A stretch of 64,000 nucleotides of DNA from Candidatus Yonathbacteria bacterium RIFOXYD1_FULL_52_36 (GCA_001823605.1 MHUZ01000034.1:38589-102588); one strand, 5' to 3'. Shown: positions 47,843-56,730, counted from the stretch's first letter. A program made the numbers and translations. Notes: generated from the letters alone by a model not told the origin.

Positions 47843-50593
47843 CTAAGTTACTGCTACCATCTTTCTTTTTACGGAAGTTTTCTTGTTTTCGCTTGCAGTG
47901 TATTTGCAATACAGTTCAAACAGGAACTCGATTCTCTCCTCTTTATTCGAAAACTTTTTGCCGTAGCAGGCGTCAACAGCGCGGTCGAGGTCGGTGTGGG
48001 CTTTGACCAGGTCGGGTGGCATTGTGTTGGGGTCATAGAGATCAGCGAGAGAACTCTCGGGAAACCGAGCTCGCGCATCGAGTACTCTTTGCGCACACTC
48101 CTCTACTTTTTTCCTGTGCTCGTCCGACACACTCTCGGGCCATGGAAAATTATTGTAAACGATATCTTTTGAGTAGCGATACCGACTTTCAAGCCGTCCG
48201 CAGGTGTATCTCACCCATGTCATATGCATAAGTGACTGCAAGATACCAAGGTGAAACAAGGTCGCCCCAGACCCGATAAGGCAGAGGTTGCTCGTAATAA
48301 CACTCTCATCCATAAAACCCAAGGGGATATAAGCCCTCCTTTCCGATGAGACACTGGGAATAAGCAGATATCGCCCATTTGGAAAATTTTCTACATGGAA
48401 TCGTGTCGGCGTTTCCGCAAGTTTTTGCGTTGGTGGACTCACGCTATCTAATCGAAGTTTTCGCACAGCTTCAATGCGCTTTAATACTTCAGGCATTTCA
48501 CGTAATTCATGGGGCGGAGTATCTCCAAGCCACAAACACCAACGCTCATACCCATTCAAGAACTCATCTGCTCCGATCCACTTACGAAACAATTTCTCAC
48601 TTTTTGGCTCATGTTTTATAAATTCATTCTTTTCCTCGGGTGTAAAAAGGTAATTCCCACCATCGATCGGCTTGTTCCCAATTCCGATATTTGGAACATC
48701 TTCCACGATCGGCTTCGAGCGTGATTCCACAAACACGTCTTCGCCTGCAACAAGATATGCATTAATATGCTCCACCTCTTTTTCCTTCGGCTCGCTTTTT
48801 ATCGTCTCATATTCGTAGAGATATTTCTTTGGAGTATCCACGCACGCAAAGCCAACAATCACGCAGTACACCGCCGCCACCCCTGGCGCGTCATTGTTCC
48901 ACTTGAAAGTCTGGTGCGCAAAATGAATAATGATGCCGTATTTTTCTTTGAGACGCTTCCACAGAATACCCACTTGCTCACCTTGGCAGATCGAGTTGGT
49001 GGACACAAACGCAGTTTTGATATTGGTGCCAACCATATACCTTGACGCCTTTTCATACCACGCTGTTACAAAATCGAGATTACCTGCGCCTTTTGCATTA
49101 TCAAAGATATTAAGAAATGCTTCTTTTTGTTCTTTTTCCATTAACCGTGCTCCAACAAACGGCGGATTGCCAAGAATATACGAGAGTTTGTGTTTTGGCA
49201 CAACCTCTTCCCAATCTTTTGTAAGCGCATTGTCGTTCACGATCGTCGCGGGCTCACGAAGCGGGATGCGTGCGTACGGCTTGCCAAACTTCTCTGACAA
49301 AAGCTGGTTCATTTGATGATCGGCGAGATACATCGCTACGCGGGCGATCAGTGCGGGAAATTCTTCGATCTCTATTCCGTAGAACTGATTGACGTTGATG
49401 CGCGAAATGTCTTCAACCCCCAATATTGCTATCTGGTCGTCTTTTTTCTTTCGCAAAAGAATTTCGAGTTCCAGTTTTCGCAGTTCACGGTACGCAACAA
49501 CGAGAAAGTTTCCACACCCGCACGCAGGATCAAGAAACGTGAGGTTTGCAAGCTTATTGTGAAACGCATCGAGCTTCTTGGCGTCATACTTCACCTGATC
49601 GAATTCAACATGCAATTCATCAAGAAAGAGCGGTTGAATGACCTTCAAAATATTCTTTTCGGAAGTGTAGTGCGCACCAAGTTGCCTGCGTGTGTTCTCA
49701 TCCATCATCCCTTGGAACAGGGATCCGAAGATTGATGCAGATATCTGTGACCAATCAAAACTACAACATTTCAATAACTTGAGATACGCGGTTGCGTCCA
49801 AGGAAACAGGCGCGATCTGCTCTGCGAAAATACCGCCGTTGATGTATCCGAACATCATCAACTGCTCGTCTAAATTTGTCTGCCTCTTTTCCTTTGGCGT
49901 ATTGAGGATGTGGAAAATTTGCATCAGATGAATCCCCAGATCGGACCCGTCGTGATTGATTCGATTTTCTACGTATGAGCGAAAATGATTTTTAGGGAAA
50001 ATACCTGTGTCGTCGGCAAAAAGACAAAAGAGGATGCGGATGAGAAAAACTTCGAGGTCGTGCCCACTGTACCCCGTCTTGGCAAGTTCGTTATGGAAAT
50101 CAGCCATCAACTTCACGGCTTCAATGCTCACCTCCTCTTCTTTTTCGTAGGCGCGGACAGTGTATCCAGATATAAACCCAAAGAGATCTATGTTTTTGTG
50201 GAGCTCTTTAAGTAAAAATTCTTCTTGAGTGTTCTTGTCCAGATCGTACAATCGTATTTTTTCAAAGTCAGAAACGACTACATAGCGCGGAAGTTCCACG
50301 TCTTTCAACCCGGGGAAATAATCCTTCGCTTGTGTGTACGCCTTGTCCAAATTTTTGCCGCGAGTTTTGTGTTCCGCAAGCATCACGCCTTTCCATAGAA
50401 CATCAATGAATCCCTGTGCCCCACCCTGCTTTTTTACAAAGTGCTCAAAGGAAGCGACGCGTCGGCGTGGAACGCCAAACACCTCAAAGAAGCCGTCCCA
50501 AAAGCTTTTTGCCTCTGCGTCTTCGTTGGATTCTTGCTCCCATTCGTGCGCAAAGGTGATTGCGCGATTTCGGATTTCGTTGATGCTTATCAT
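47843..50593 (-). CDS. MmeI-family type IIL/IIG restriction-modification enzyme (fused endonuclease, N6-adenine methyltransferase and TRD)
   Basis: N-terminus MISINEIRNRAITFAHEWEQESNEDAEAKSFWDGFFEVFGVPRRRVASFEHFVKK closely parallels MmeI. Methyltransferase motif IV LGNPPFVGA. 916 aa. Confidence 0.85.
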   Translation of the reverse strand: MISINEIRNRAITFAHEWEQESNEDAEAKSFWDGFFEVFGVPRRRVASFEHFVKKQGGAQGFIDVLWKGVMLAEHKTRGKNLDKAYTQAKDYFPGLKDVELPRYVVVSDFEKIRLYDLDKNTQEEFLLKELHKNIDLFGFISGYTVRAYEKEEEVSIEAVKLMADFHNELAKTGYSGHDLEVFLIRILFCLFADDTGIFPKNHFRSYVENRINHDGSDLGIHLMQIFHILNTPKEKRQTNLDEQLMMFGYINGGIFAEQIAPVSLDATAYLKLLKCCSFDWSQISASIFGSLFQGMMDENTRRQLGAHYTSEKNILKVIQPLFLDELHVEFDQVKYDAKKLDAFHNKLANLTFLDPACGCGNFLVVAYRELRKLELEILLRKKKDDQIAILGVEDISRINVNQFYGIEIEEFPALIARVAMYLADHQMNQLLSEKFGKPYARIPLREPATIVNDNALTKDWEEVVPKHKLSYILGNPPFVGARLMEKEQKEAFLNIFDNAKGAGNLDFVTAWYEKASRYMVGTNIKTAFVSTNSICQGEQVGILWKRLKEKYGIIIHFAHQTFKWNNDAPGVAAVYCVIVGFACVDTPKKYLYEYETIKSEPKEKEVEHINAYLVAGEDVFVESRSKPIVEDVPNIGIGNKPIDGGNYLFTPEEKNEFIKHEPKSEKLFRKWIGADEFLNGYERWCLWLGDTPPHELREMPEVLKRIEAVRKLRLDSVSPPTQKLAETPTRFHVENFPNGRYLLIPSVSSERRAYIPLGFMDESVITSNLCLIGSGATLFHLGILQSLMHMTWVRYTCGRLESRYRYSKDIVYNNFPWPESVSDEHRKKVEECAQRVLDARARFPESSLADLYDPNTMPPDLVKAHTDLDRAVDACYGKKFSNKEERIEFLFELYCKYTASENKKTSVKRKMVAVT

Positions 50594-50676
50594 GGGATGA
50601 TCTCCAGTTTTTGACTAGACCTCCTATCCAAACCGTTTCTTCATAATCCCACAAAATAAGCCTTAAATCAACGGCG

Positions 50677-50718
50677 GAAAACGGCTCAGGGAACGGCTCA
50701 GCGTAGCTGAGCCGTTTA
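50677..50718. repeat. AACGGCTCA palindrome (copy e) with an extra left half-site. Mirror of copy d.
   Basis: AAAACGGCTCAGGG then AACGGCTCAGC-GTA-GCTGAGCCGTTTAA. Confidence 0.85.
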
Positions 50719-50839
50719 ATTGTTCTGGTTTTCAGGGGTTTCCAGCCGGGCGGAAAACCATGCCGTGGCTCACATTGACAAAATCCGTTTCATAAATTAT
50801 AATTTGAATACGTTTCAACGTCCACAAGGAGATATTCCG

Positions 50840-51040
50840 ATGCGTTGCAAGATCTTTGTATTCGAACTTGTTTCCAGCATGATGGAGGAAAAAATTAACC
50901 GCTGGTTGGCGGAGAATCCTAACATCAAGATATTGAATATGGCCCAAAGCTCAGCAAGTGGAAACACGAGCGGCGACCCAAGAGATGGTGAAAATGTTGA
51001 GACGACTCTCACTATCTTCTACGCCCCCTTTTGTCCTTAG
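50840..51040 (+). CDS. small hypothetical protein (66 aa)
   Basis: AAGGAGA RBS 7 nt upstream. Strong terminator immediately downstream. Confidence 0.45.
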   Translation: MRCKIFVFELVSSMMEEKINRWLAENPNIKILNMAQSSASGNTSGDPRDGENVETTLTIFYAPFCP

Positions 51041-51050
51041 AAGATCATTC

Positions 51051-51088
51051 GTCCGGTACGCCAATTGGCGTACCGGACATTTTGTTTG
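51051..51088 (+). terminator. rho-independent terminator
   Basis: GTCCGGTACGCC-AATT-GGCGTACCGGAC followed by ATTTTGTTT. Confidence 0.8.
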
Positions 51089-51113
51089 AGATCGAGGCAT
51101 TTCATGCGCCATA

Positions 51114-51141
51114 TTGACAATAGGTGTGGATTTGCTATACT
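51114..51141 (+). promoter_or_regulatory. sigma70-like promoter of nusA (TTGACA, 16-nt spacer, TATACT)
   Basis: Consensus -35 and -10 hexamers read directly from the sequence. Confidence 0.6.
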
Positions 51142-51149
51142 ATATGAGT

Positions 51150-51333
51150 GAGTTGTTCAGGTGCGCCCCGGTCCGTTCCGCCAAGGAAACGGCCTTTTTT
51201 ATAAGCGACGTAGGGCGAACGAAATGGAAGCGTACTCGTTTACATTTCTGAGCCGAGGAGCTTATATGGATGCCCTAGTGTTGCGGAGCAACCCTAGGGC
51301 ATCCATATTTAAACAAAATTACTACAAACTATC
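51150..51333 (+). promoter_or_regulatory. structured nusA leader: terminator-like hairpin plus U-tract (CCGTTCCGCCAAGGAAACGGCCTTTTTTAT) and a perfect 11-bp hairpin (GGATGCCCTAG...CTAGGGCATCC)
   Basis: Stems read directly. Candidate attenuator. Confidence 0.45.
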
Positions 51334-52701
51334 ATGATGGACCTCAAAGTATTGAACTCGGCACTCCACCAGCTCGAAGAAGAGCGCGGGATCCCGAAAG
51401 ACAAGATCGTCGACGCGATCGAGCAGGCGCTCGCCGCGGCGTACAAAAAAGACTACGGCAAAAAAGGTCAGATCGTGCGCGCGCACTTTGACCTTTCTTC
51501 AGGCATGACCGAATTCGCTCAGGTCAAAGTCGCCGTGGATGAATCCATGGTGCGCATGGAGGAAGAAGGCGAGGAAGACGAAGTGACCGAGCGCGCGGAA
51601 ATCGCCGACGGCGAAGAAGTCCTCCCCCGCTTTAATCCTGAACAACATATTCTCATCGAAGACGCCCGCCGCATCAAAAAAGACGTAATCCCCGGCGAAG
51701 AACTCGTTTTTGCTTTGGAAACCAAGGACGATTACGGCCGCATCGCCGCACAGACCGCCAAGCAGGTCATCATTCAGCGCATCCGTGAGGCAGAGAAAGT
51801 TTCCGTCATGGAGGAGTACGGCAAGCGCGAAGGAGAGATCATCTCCGGAACCGTACAGCGCATTGAGCGCGGCAATATCTTTGTTGACCTGGGCAAGGCA
51901 ACCGGAATCCTTCCGTATGAGGAACAGATCCGCAATGAGCGCTACCGCCAAGGCGAGCGCGTTCGTGCCTACCTTTTCTCAGTCGAGGAAACACCCCGTG
52001 GTATCAACCTCCGCCTCTCACGCTCGCACCCGATCTTTCTCCGCAAGCTCTTCGAGATCGAAGCGCCCGAGATTGCATCCGGTGTTGTCGAGATCAAGGC
52101 GATCGCCCGCGAAGCAGGTTCGCGCTCAAAGATCGCGGTCTTCTCGAACGATAGCCACGTGGATCCTGTCGGTTCGTGTGTCGGTCAGCGCGGTGTACGC
52201 GTTTCGACCGTCATGAGCGAGCTCGGCGGTGAAAAGATCGACATTATCGAATGGTCAGCCGACCCGGTGCAATTCATTGAGGACGCCCTTTCTCCGGCAC
52301 GCGCACAGTCTGTCGAGATCTTCGAGGCCGAAAAGCGCGCCACGGTAAAGGTATCCGGCGACGAGCTCTCGCTTGCGATCGGTAAAGGAGGCCAGAATGT
52401 ACGCCTTGCGGCAAAGCTCACTGGCTGGAGGATCGACATCCAAGGCGACGCGCCAACAACCGTCCCTGTTGATGAAACACTTGCCCAAGAAGTTGCGGTA
52501 ATGAACGGCGCCAAGGAGATCGAGGAAGTTGAGGAGTCTGCACACGAAGACGAGCTCATCGCCGAAGAGATCCAGGAGCGAAACAACTCGACCGACGAGG
52601 ATGCTGACGCTTCGTCCAAAACCCCCGAGGAGGTTGAGGGATCGATCGATGATCTCAAAGCAGAGTCCGAGGAGGCACGCGACGAAGAGGAAAAGGCGTA
52701 G
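51334..52701 (+). CDS. nusA: transcription termination/antitermination factor NusA with acidic C-terminal tail
   Basis: NusA N-domain, S1 domain, two KH domains (GKGGQNVRLAAKLTGWRIDI). Confidence 0.9.
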   Translation: MMDLKVLNSALHQLEEERGIPKDKIVDAIEQALAAAYKKDYGKKGQIVRAHFDLSSGMTEFAQVKVAVDESMVRMEEEGEEDEVTERAEIADGEEVLPRFNPEQHILIEDARRIKKDVIPGEELVFALETKDDYGRIAAQTAKQVIIQRIREAEKVSVMEEYGKREGEIISGTVQRIERGNIFVDLGKATGILPYEEQIRNERYRQGERVRAYLFSVEETPRGINLRLSRSHPIFLRKLFEIEAPEIASGVVEIKAIAREAGSRSKIAVFSNDSHVDPVGSCVGQRGVRVSTVMSELGGEKIDIIEWSADPVQFIEDALSPARAQSVEIFEAEKRATVKVSGDELSLAIGKGGQNVRLAAKLTGWRIDIQGDAPTTVPVDETLAQEVAVMNGAKEIEEVEESAHEDELIAEEIQERNNSTDEDADASSKTPEEVEGSIDDLKAESEEARDEEEKA

Positions 52702-52758
52702 CGGCGCATGTGCGGTCATCCGCGTGTATACTACGTACTACTAACCACAAACTAAACC

Positions 52759-53289
52759 ATGAACCTTTGGCACGATATTGAAGCAGGAAAGAACGCCCCC
52801 GAAACGGTGAACGTCATCGTCGAGATCAACAAGGGGTCAAAGAATAAATACGAGATCGACAAAGAAACGGGCATGATCGCGCTTGACCGTGTGGCGCACA
52901 CCACGCAAGACTTTCCGTTTGACTATGGCTTCATCCCGAAGACACTGTGGGATGACGGCGACGCCGTGGACGTGGTGCTCCTCACCACGCACCCACTCGT
53001 TCCGGGAATTCTCGTCAAAGCGCGGCCGGTTGCCATCATGCGCATGATCGATTCAGGAGAAGGTGATGACAAAATCATCGCCGTACCCAAAGACGATCCG
53101 CGCTGGGAACACGTAAAGGACATCAAAGACATCAACCCGCATACGATCAAAGAGATCGAGCACTTCTATTCCACATACAAAAAACTCCAGCACAAGGAGG
53201 TTACCATTGAAGGATTTGAGGGAGTTGCCGCCGCACACGAAGCAGTCGAGCGCGGAAAAACGCTCTATCACGAAAAATTCGGCGCGTAG
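52759..53289 (+). CDS. ppa: inorganic pyrophosphatase (family I)
   Basis: VIVEINKGSKNKYEID...DGDAVDVVLL signature. Confidence 0.9.
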   Translation: MNLWHDIEAGKNAPETVNVIVEINKGSKNKYEIDKETGMIALDRVAHTTQDFPFDYGFIPKTLWDDGDAVDVVLLTTHPLVPGILVKARPVAIMRMIDSGEGDDKIIAVPKDDPRWEHVKDIKDINPHTIKEIEHFYSTYKKLQHKEVTIEGFEGVAAAHEAVERGKTLYHEKFGA

Positions 53290-53325
53290 CACGCATAGCC
53301 CACGAAACTGTTGCTCACCAACGCA

Positions 53326-53356
53326 AAAACACCCGCCCCAAGCGGGTGTTTTTGCG
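53326..53356 (+). terminator. rho-independent terminator after ppa
   Basis: AAAAACACCCGC-CCCAA-GCGGGTGTTTTTG. Confidence 0.8.
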
Positions 53357-53471
53357 TTTGGGGCAGTTATCAACAGCACCATTCCATTATGTAGCGCAAA
53401 ACCGCTATAATGAGTCTGAGGTAATAACTTCACTGTTTAGTAATTATTCGTTTTAGTTTTGAATACGCACA

Positions 53472-54362
53472 ATGACATCGACAGATAAAAAATTGGGTAT
53501 CGCACTTGCGCTCGTCGGCGCACTTGCGTTCGGAGCATCGGCATTCGCGGAGGAAATGTCGACTGACGGCTCAGTGAGCGTTGACGCTACCGTAAAGACG
53601 GAGGCCACGGTAACAGCACCGACCCCGGAAGATGTACGCGCGAAGATGGAAGCACGCGCACGTGAAGCGCGCGAACTTGCCGAGAAGAAACGCCTAGAGG
53701 CAGAAGCAAAGCGCGGTGAATTGCAGGCAAAAAAGGCCAGCACCACGCAAATGATCGCGGAAAAGCGCACGGTCATGGAGCAGAAGCGTGAAGATTTTCA
53801 AGACAAGCGTGCAAGCACGACGGAGGCCTTGAAAGGAAAGCGTGAGGAATTGCAGGTAAAGCGTGCAAGCACCACCGAGGCTATCAAGCAAAAGCGTGAG
53901 GAAGTGCGCAACAACCTTGAAGAGAAGCGCAAAGAGATCATCCTTGCGCACGCAAACCGCATGGAGGAACGTTTCAACGCCGCCTTTGACCGCTTCGACA
54001 AACTTGCCGATCGCATCGAGGAACGCTTGATCAAACTTGAAGCAGCAAACAAAAATATCCAGACCGCAACGGCTCATTCGCTCGTTGACCAAGCTCGGCT
54101 CAAGATCGAAGAGGGACGGCTCCTTTCAGCAGAGCTCTCTGCTGAAGTAGAACTTGCGATAGTATCTGAGGACCCCAAGGCAGCATTCGACGGTGCACGT
54201 GGTGCCATAAACGAAGTTATCGGGGTAATGAAAACAGCTCAGAAGCTCTTGGTGGACGCAGTGAAGTCGATCAAGGCAAATACGCCTGACGAGCTCGAAA
54301 ATGACGATGACGACAACGGTTCAACCGCTACGACGACCACAGCCACAACAACGGCTCAGTAA
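53472..54362 (+). CDS. secreted coiled-coil repeat protein with Thr-rich C-terminus
   Basis: Signal peptide (KKLGIALALVGALAFGASAFA), triplicated KRASTTEA-x-K-x-KREE heptad-like repeats, ends TATTTTATTTAQ. Confidence 0.6.
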   Translation: MTSTDKKLGIALALVGALAFGASAFAEEMSTDGSVSVDATVKTEATVTAPTPEDVRAKMEARAREARELAEKKRLEAEAKRGELQAKKASTTQMIAEKRTVMEQKREDFQDKRASTTEALKGKREELQVKRASTTEAIKQKREEVRNNLEEKRKEIILAHANRMEERFNAAFDRFDKLADRIEERLIKLEAANKNIQTATAHSLVDQARLKIEEGRLLSAELSAEVELAIVSEDPKAAFDGARGAINEVIGVMKTAQKLLVDAVKSIKANTPDELENDDDDNGSTATTTTATTTAQ

Positions 54363-54390
54363 ACTATTTATTATCTAACCCTTATCACGT

Positions 54391-54744
54391 ATGGATGAAC
54401 AGAATGCAACTCAGACCCCTGTGCAACAGCCACAAAATCAGGGCGTGCAGCAGGACGTAGCAGCAAATGTGTTCGATGAGAAATCAGGCGGCATTGGCCC
54501 GATTGTCGGTGTGATCATTGTGGTCGTACTCCTCATCATTGGCGGCGTATACTACTATATGAACATGCAGGGAGTCGCGGGACCGGCAATGGAAGTGCCG
54601 ACCGGCGCAGATCCAACAGCTGAGGTGCTTCGCCAGCAGAGCGACTCAACGAACGTTGCTGATATTGAGGCAGACCTCAATTCAACAAACCTTGATGTTC
54701 TCGTGGAGGACATTCAGGCGATGGAACTCCAGCTCGCCCAGTAA
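54391..54744 (+). CDS. small single-pass membrane protein, Gln-rich N-terminus
   Basis: 117 aa, one TM helix (IGPIVGVIIVVVLLIIGGVYYY). Confidence 0.45.
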   Translation: MDEQNATQTPVQQPQNQGVQQDVAANVFDEKSGGIGPIVGVIIVVVLLIIGGVYYYMNMQGVAGPAMEVPTGADPTAEVLRQQSDSTNVADIEADLNSTNLDVLVEDIQAMELQLAQ

Positions 54745-54764
54745 CAGGACGCAGCTTCTTCTCA

Positions 54765-54800
54765 AAAAACACCCCGATGTCCTCGGGGTGTTTTTTGTTT
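54765..54800 (+). terminator. rho-independent terminator
   Basis: AAAAACACCCCGA-TGTCC-TCGGGGTGTTTTTTG. Confidence 0.8.
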
Positions 54801-54839
54801 GCAGAACAAAGAAAAACACGTTACACTGCCCGCACATAT

Positions 54840-54925
54840 ATAGCTCCCCCGTCAGGGGCCGAGGGAGGGGAGCTATAGTAGCTCCTCGGCTCGGAAATGG
54901 GAATGAGTACATTCCCATTTCGCTC
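54840..54925 (+). promoter_or_regulatory. structured tig leader with nested hairpins (GCCGAGG...CCTCGGC enclosing GAGCTA-TAG-TAGCTC, then GAAATGGGAATG-AGTA-CATTCCCATTTC)
   Basis: Perfect stems read directly, immediately upstream of the tig ATG. Confidence 0.4.
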
Positions 54926-54930
54926 GCTCT

Positions 54931-55995
54931 ATGTCGCTAATGAAACAAAAAATGTCATACACCATAAATATAAAAGAGATTCCGGAGACCTCTGAGGTTG
55001 AGGTGACGGGAGAGATTGCTACGGATTCATTTGCCGTCTACGAACCGGGAGTTGTGGCGTACTTCGCACAGACCGCAACCCTCCCAGGATTTCGCAAAGG
55101 TCATGTCCCCGAAAAGATCATCCGTGAGCGCATGGGTGACGATACCATTCTTCACGAAATGGCTGAGCGCGCGATCGCGGATGCATATCCCAAGATCATT
55201 CAGGAAAAGAGTCTCGAGCCCTTGGGGCGCCCTGAGGTGGCGCTCACCAAAGTCGTCCGCGGAAATCCGCTTGGATTTACGATCCGCTTTGGGGTAATGC
55301 CGAAATTCTCACTCCCCGACTACAAAGCGCTCGCCGCAAAAGTACCCGCGGAGCCGGTAGTGGCCGAGGAGAAGGAGATCGATGATGCGCTCGAAGAACT
55401 TCGCAAACGCGTGGCGCGTTTTGACCAATCAAAGAACGGTGGTTCGCCGACACAAGAGATCCCTGACGAATTACTCCCGACGCTTGATGATGCATTCGCC
55501 GAGCACGTTGCCGGAGTCAAGACGCTTGCGGAACTCCGCGAGAAAATGCGCGCCGGGATCATCGAAGAAAAGAATCTTCGCACGCGAAGCACCCGCCGCA
55601 GTAAGATCCTTGACGCGATCCTTTCTGCAACAACGATCGCGGTCCCGCCCATTGTGGTTGCGGGAGAAACTGACGTGTTGCTTGGAGAGCTCCGCACCGA
55701 CATCGAACGTCTGGGTATCACCTTTAGCGATTATCTGAAGCACGCAGGGAAAACCGAAGAGGAGTTACGCAAAGATGTTGCTCCTGACGCCGGAAAACGT
55801 GCTCGCATTCAGTTCATCTTGAATGCAATCGCCGAGAAGGAAAACATCCTCCCCGACAAAGCTATCCTTGAGAGCGAGACTGCGCGCCTGATGCAAGCAT
55901 ATCCCGATGCGGAGAAGACGCGCGTTATGGTCCATGTGGGCACCAAGCTCGTGAATGAGCAGACACTTAAGCTCCTTGAGAACGCAGGGGCATAG
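54931..55995 (+). CDS. tig: trigger factor lacking the FKBP-type PPIase domain
   Basis: N-domain signature [10 protein letters not shown] (GFRxGxxP ribosome-binding loop) joined directly to the C-terminal chaperone domain. 354 aa. Confidence 0.75.
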   Translation: MSLMKQKMSYTINIKEIPETSEVEVTGEIATDSFAVYEPGVVAYFAQTATLPGFRKGHVPEKIIRERMGDDTILHEMAERAIADAYPKIIQEKSLEPLGRPEVALTKVVRGNPLGFTIRFGVMPKFSLPDYKALAAKVPAEPVVAEEKEIDDALEELRKRVARFDQSKNGGSPTQEIPDELLPTLDDAFAEHVAGVKTLAELREKMRAGIIEEKNLRTRSTRRSKILDAILSATTIAVPPIVVAGETDVLLGELRTDIERLGITFSDYLKHAGKTEEELRKDVAPDAGKRARIQFILNAIAEKENILPDKAILESETARLMQAYPDAEKTRVMVHVGTKLVNEQTLKLLENAGA

Positions 55996-56057
55996 CTTGC
56001 TATTCACATCCCCCTCCTCGTATAATTGAGCGATACTCACTAACCCCATTTAATTCT

Positions 56058-56651
56058 ATGTCCTACCTCATCCCCACCGTCATCGAAAAATCACCGAACG
56101 GCGAGCGCGCGTATGATATTTATTCGCGACTCCTCAAGGAGCGCATCATTTTCCTATCGGGCGTGATCGACGATGACGCGGCAAACATTGCCATCGCCCA
56201 GCTCCTTTTCCTTGAGTCTGAGGATCCCAAGAAAGATATTTCGATCTACATAAACTCACCCGGGGGATCAGTGACTGCGGGCATGGCGCTCTACGACACC
56301 ATGCAACATGTTAAACCAGCCGTGGCAACGATCTGCGTCGGCATGGCGGCATCGATGGGTGCGGTGCTCCTCTCTGCTGGTGCCAAAGGTAAGCGCTTCA
56401 TCCTTCCCAACGCCGAAGTGATGATCCATCAGCCGCTCGGCGGTACTGAAGGCCAGGCGTCCGACATCGCCATCACCGCAAAACATATCTTGAAGATCAG
56501 AGAGAACCTGAATAAGATCCTTTCGAAAAATACCGGTAATCCGTTGTCGCAGATCGAAAAGGATACCGATCGCGACTTCTATATGTCAGCGGAAGAAGCA
56601 AAGAAATACGGCATCATTGACGAGATCTACAAGCCAAAGAATCCTCGTTAA
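56058..56651 (+). CDS. clpP: ATP-dependent Clp protease proteolytic subunit
   Basis: [19 protein letters not shown]...AASMGAVLL...MIHQP (Ser-His-Asp triad context). Confidence 0.95.
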   Translation: MSYLIPTVIEKSPNGERAYDIYSRLLKERIIFLSGVIDDDAANIAIAQLLFLESEDPKKDISIYINSPGGSVTAGMALYDTMQHVKPAVATICVGMAASMGAVLLSAGAKGKRFILPNAEVMIHQPLGGTEGQASDIAITAKHILKIRENLNKILSKNTGNPLSQIEKDTDRDFYMSAEEAKKYGIIDEIYKPKNPR

Positions 56652-56667
56652 GAAACCCTTTCACCAC

Positions 56668-56710
56668 AACAAAACAAACGGCTCAGCATTGCTGAGCCGT
56701 TTGTTTTGTT
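56668..56710. repeat. AACGGCTCA-family palindromic terminator (copy f) shared by convergent clpP and the giant surface-protein gene
   Basis: AACAAAACAAACGGCTCAGC-ATT-GCTGAGCCGTTTGTTTTGTT. Confidence 0.85.
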
Positions 56711-56730
56711 GGTTGGTTGGGTAGTATCCC

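Noticed and set aside
51499-52719. Minus-strand ORFs of 150-174 aa overlapping nusA
   Set aside because: Antisense to a well-supported conserved gene. Low-complexity Ser/Ala-rich translations.
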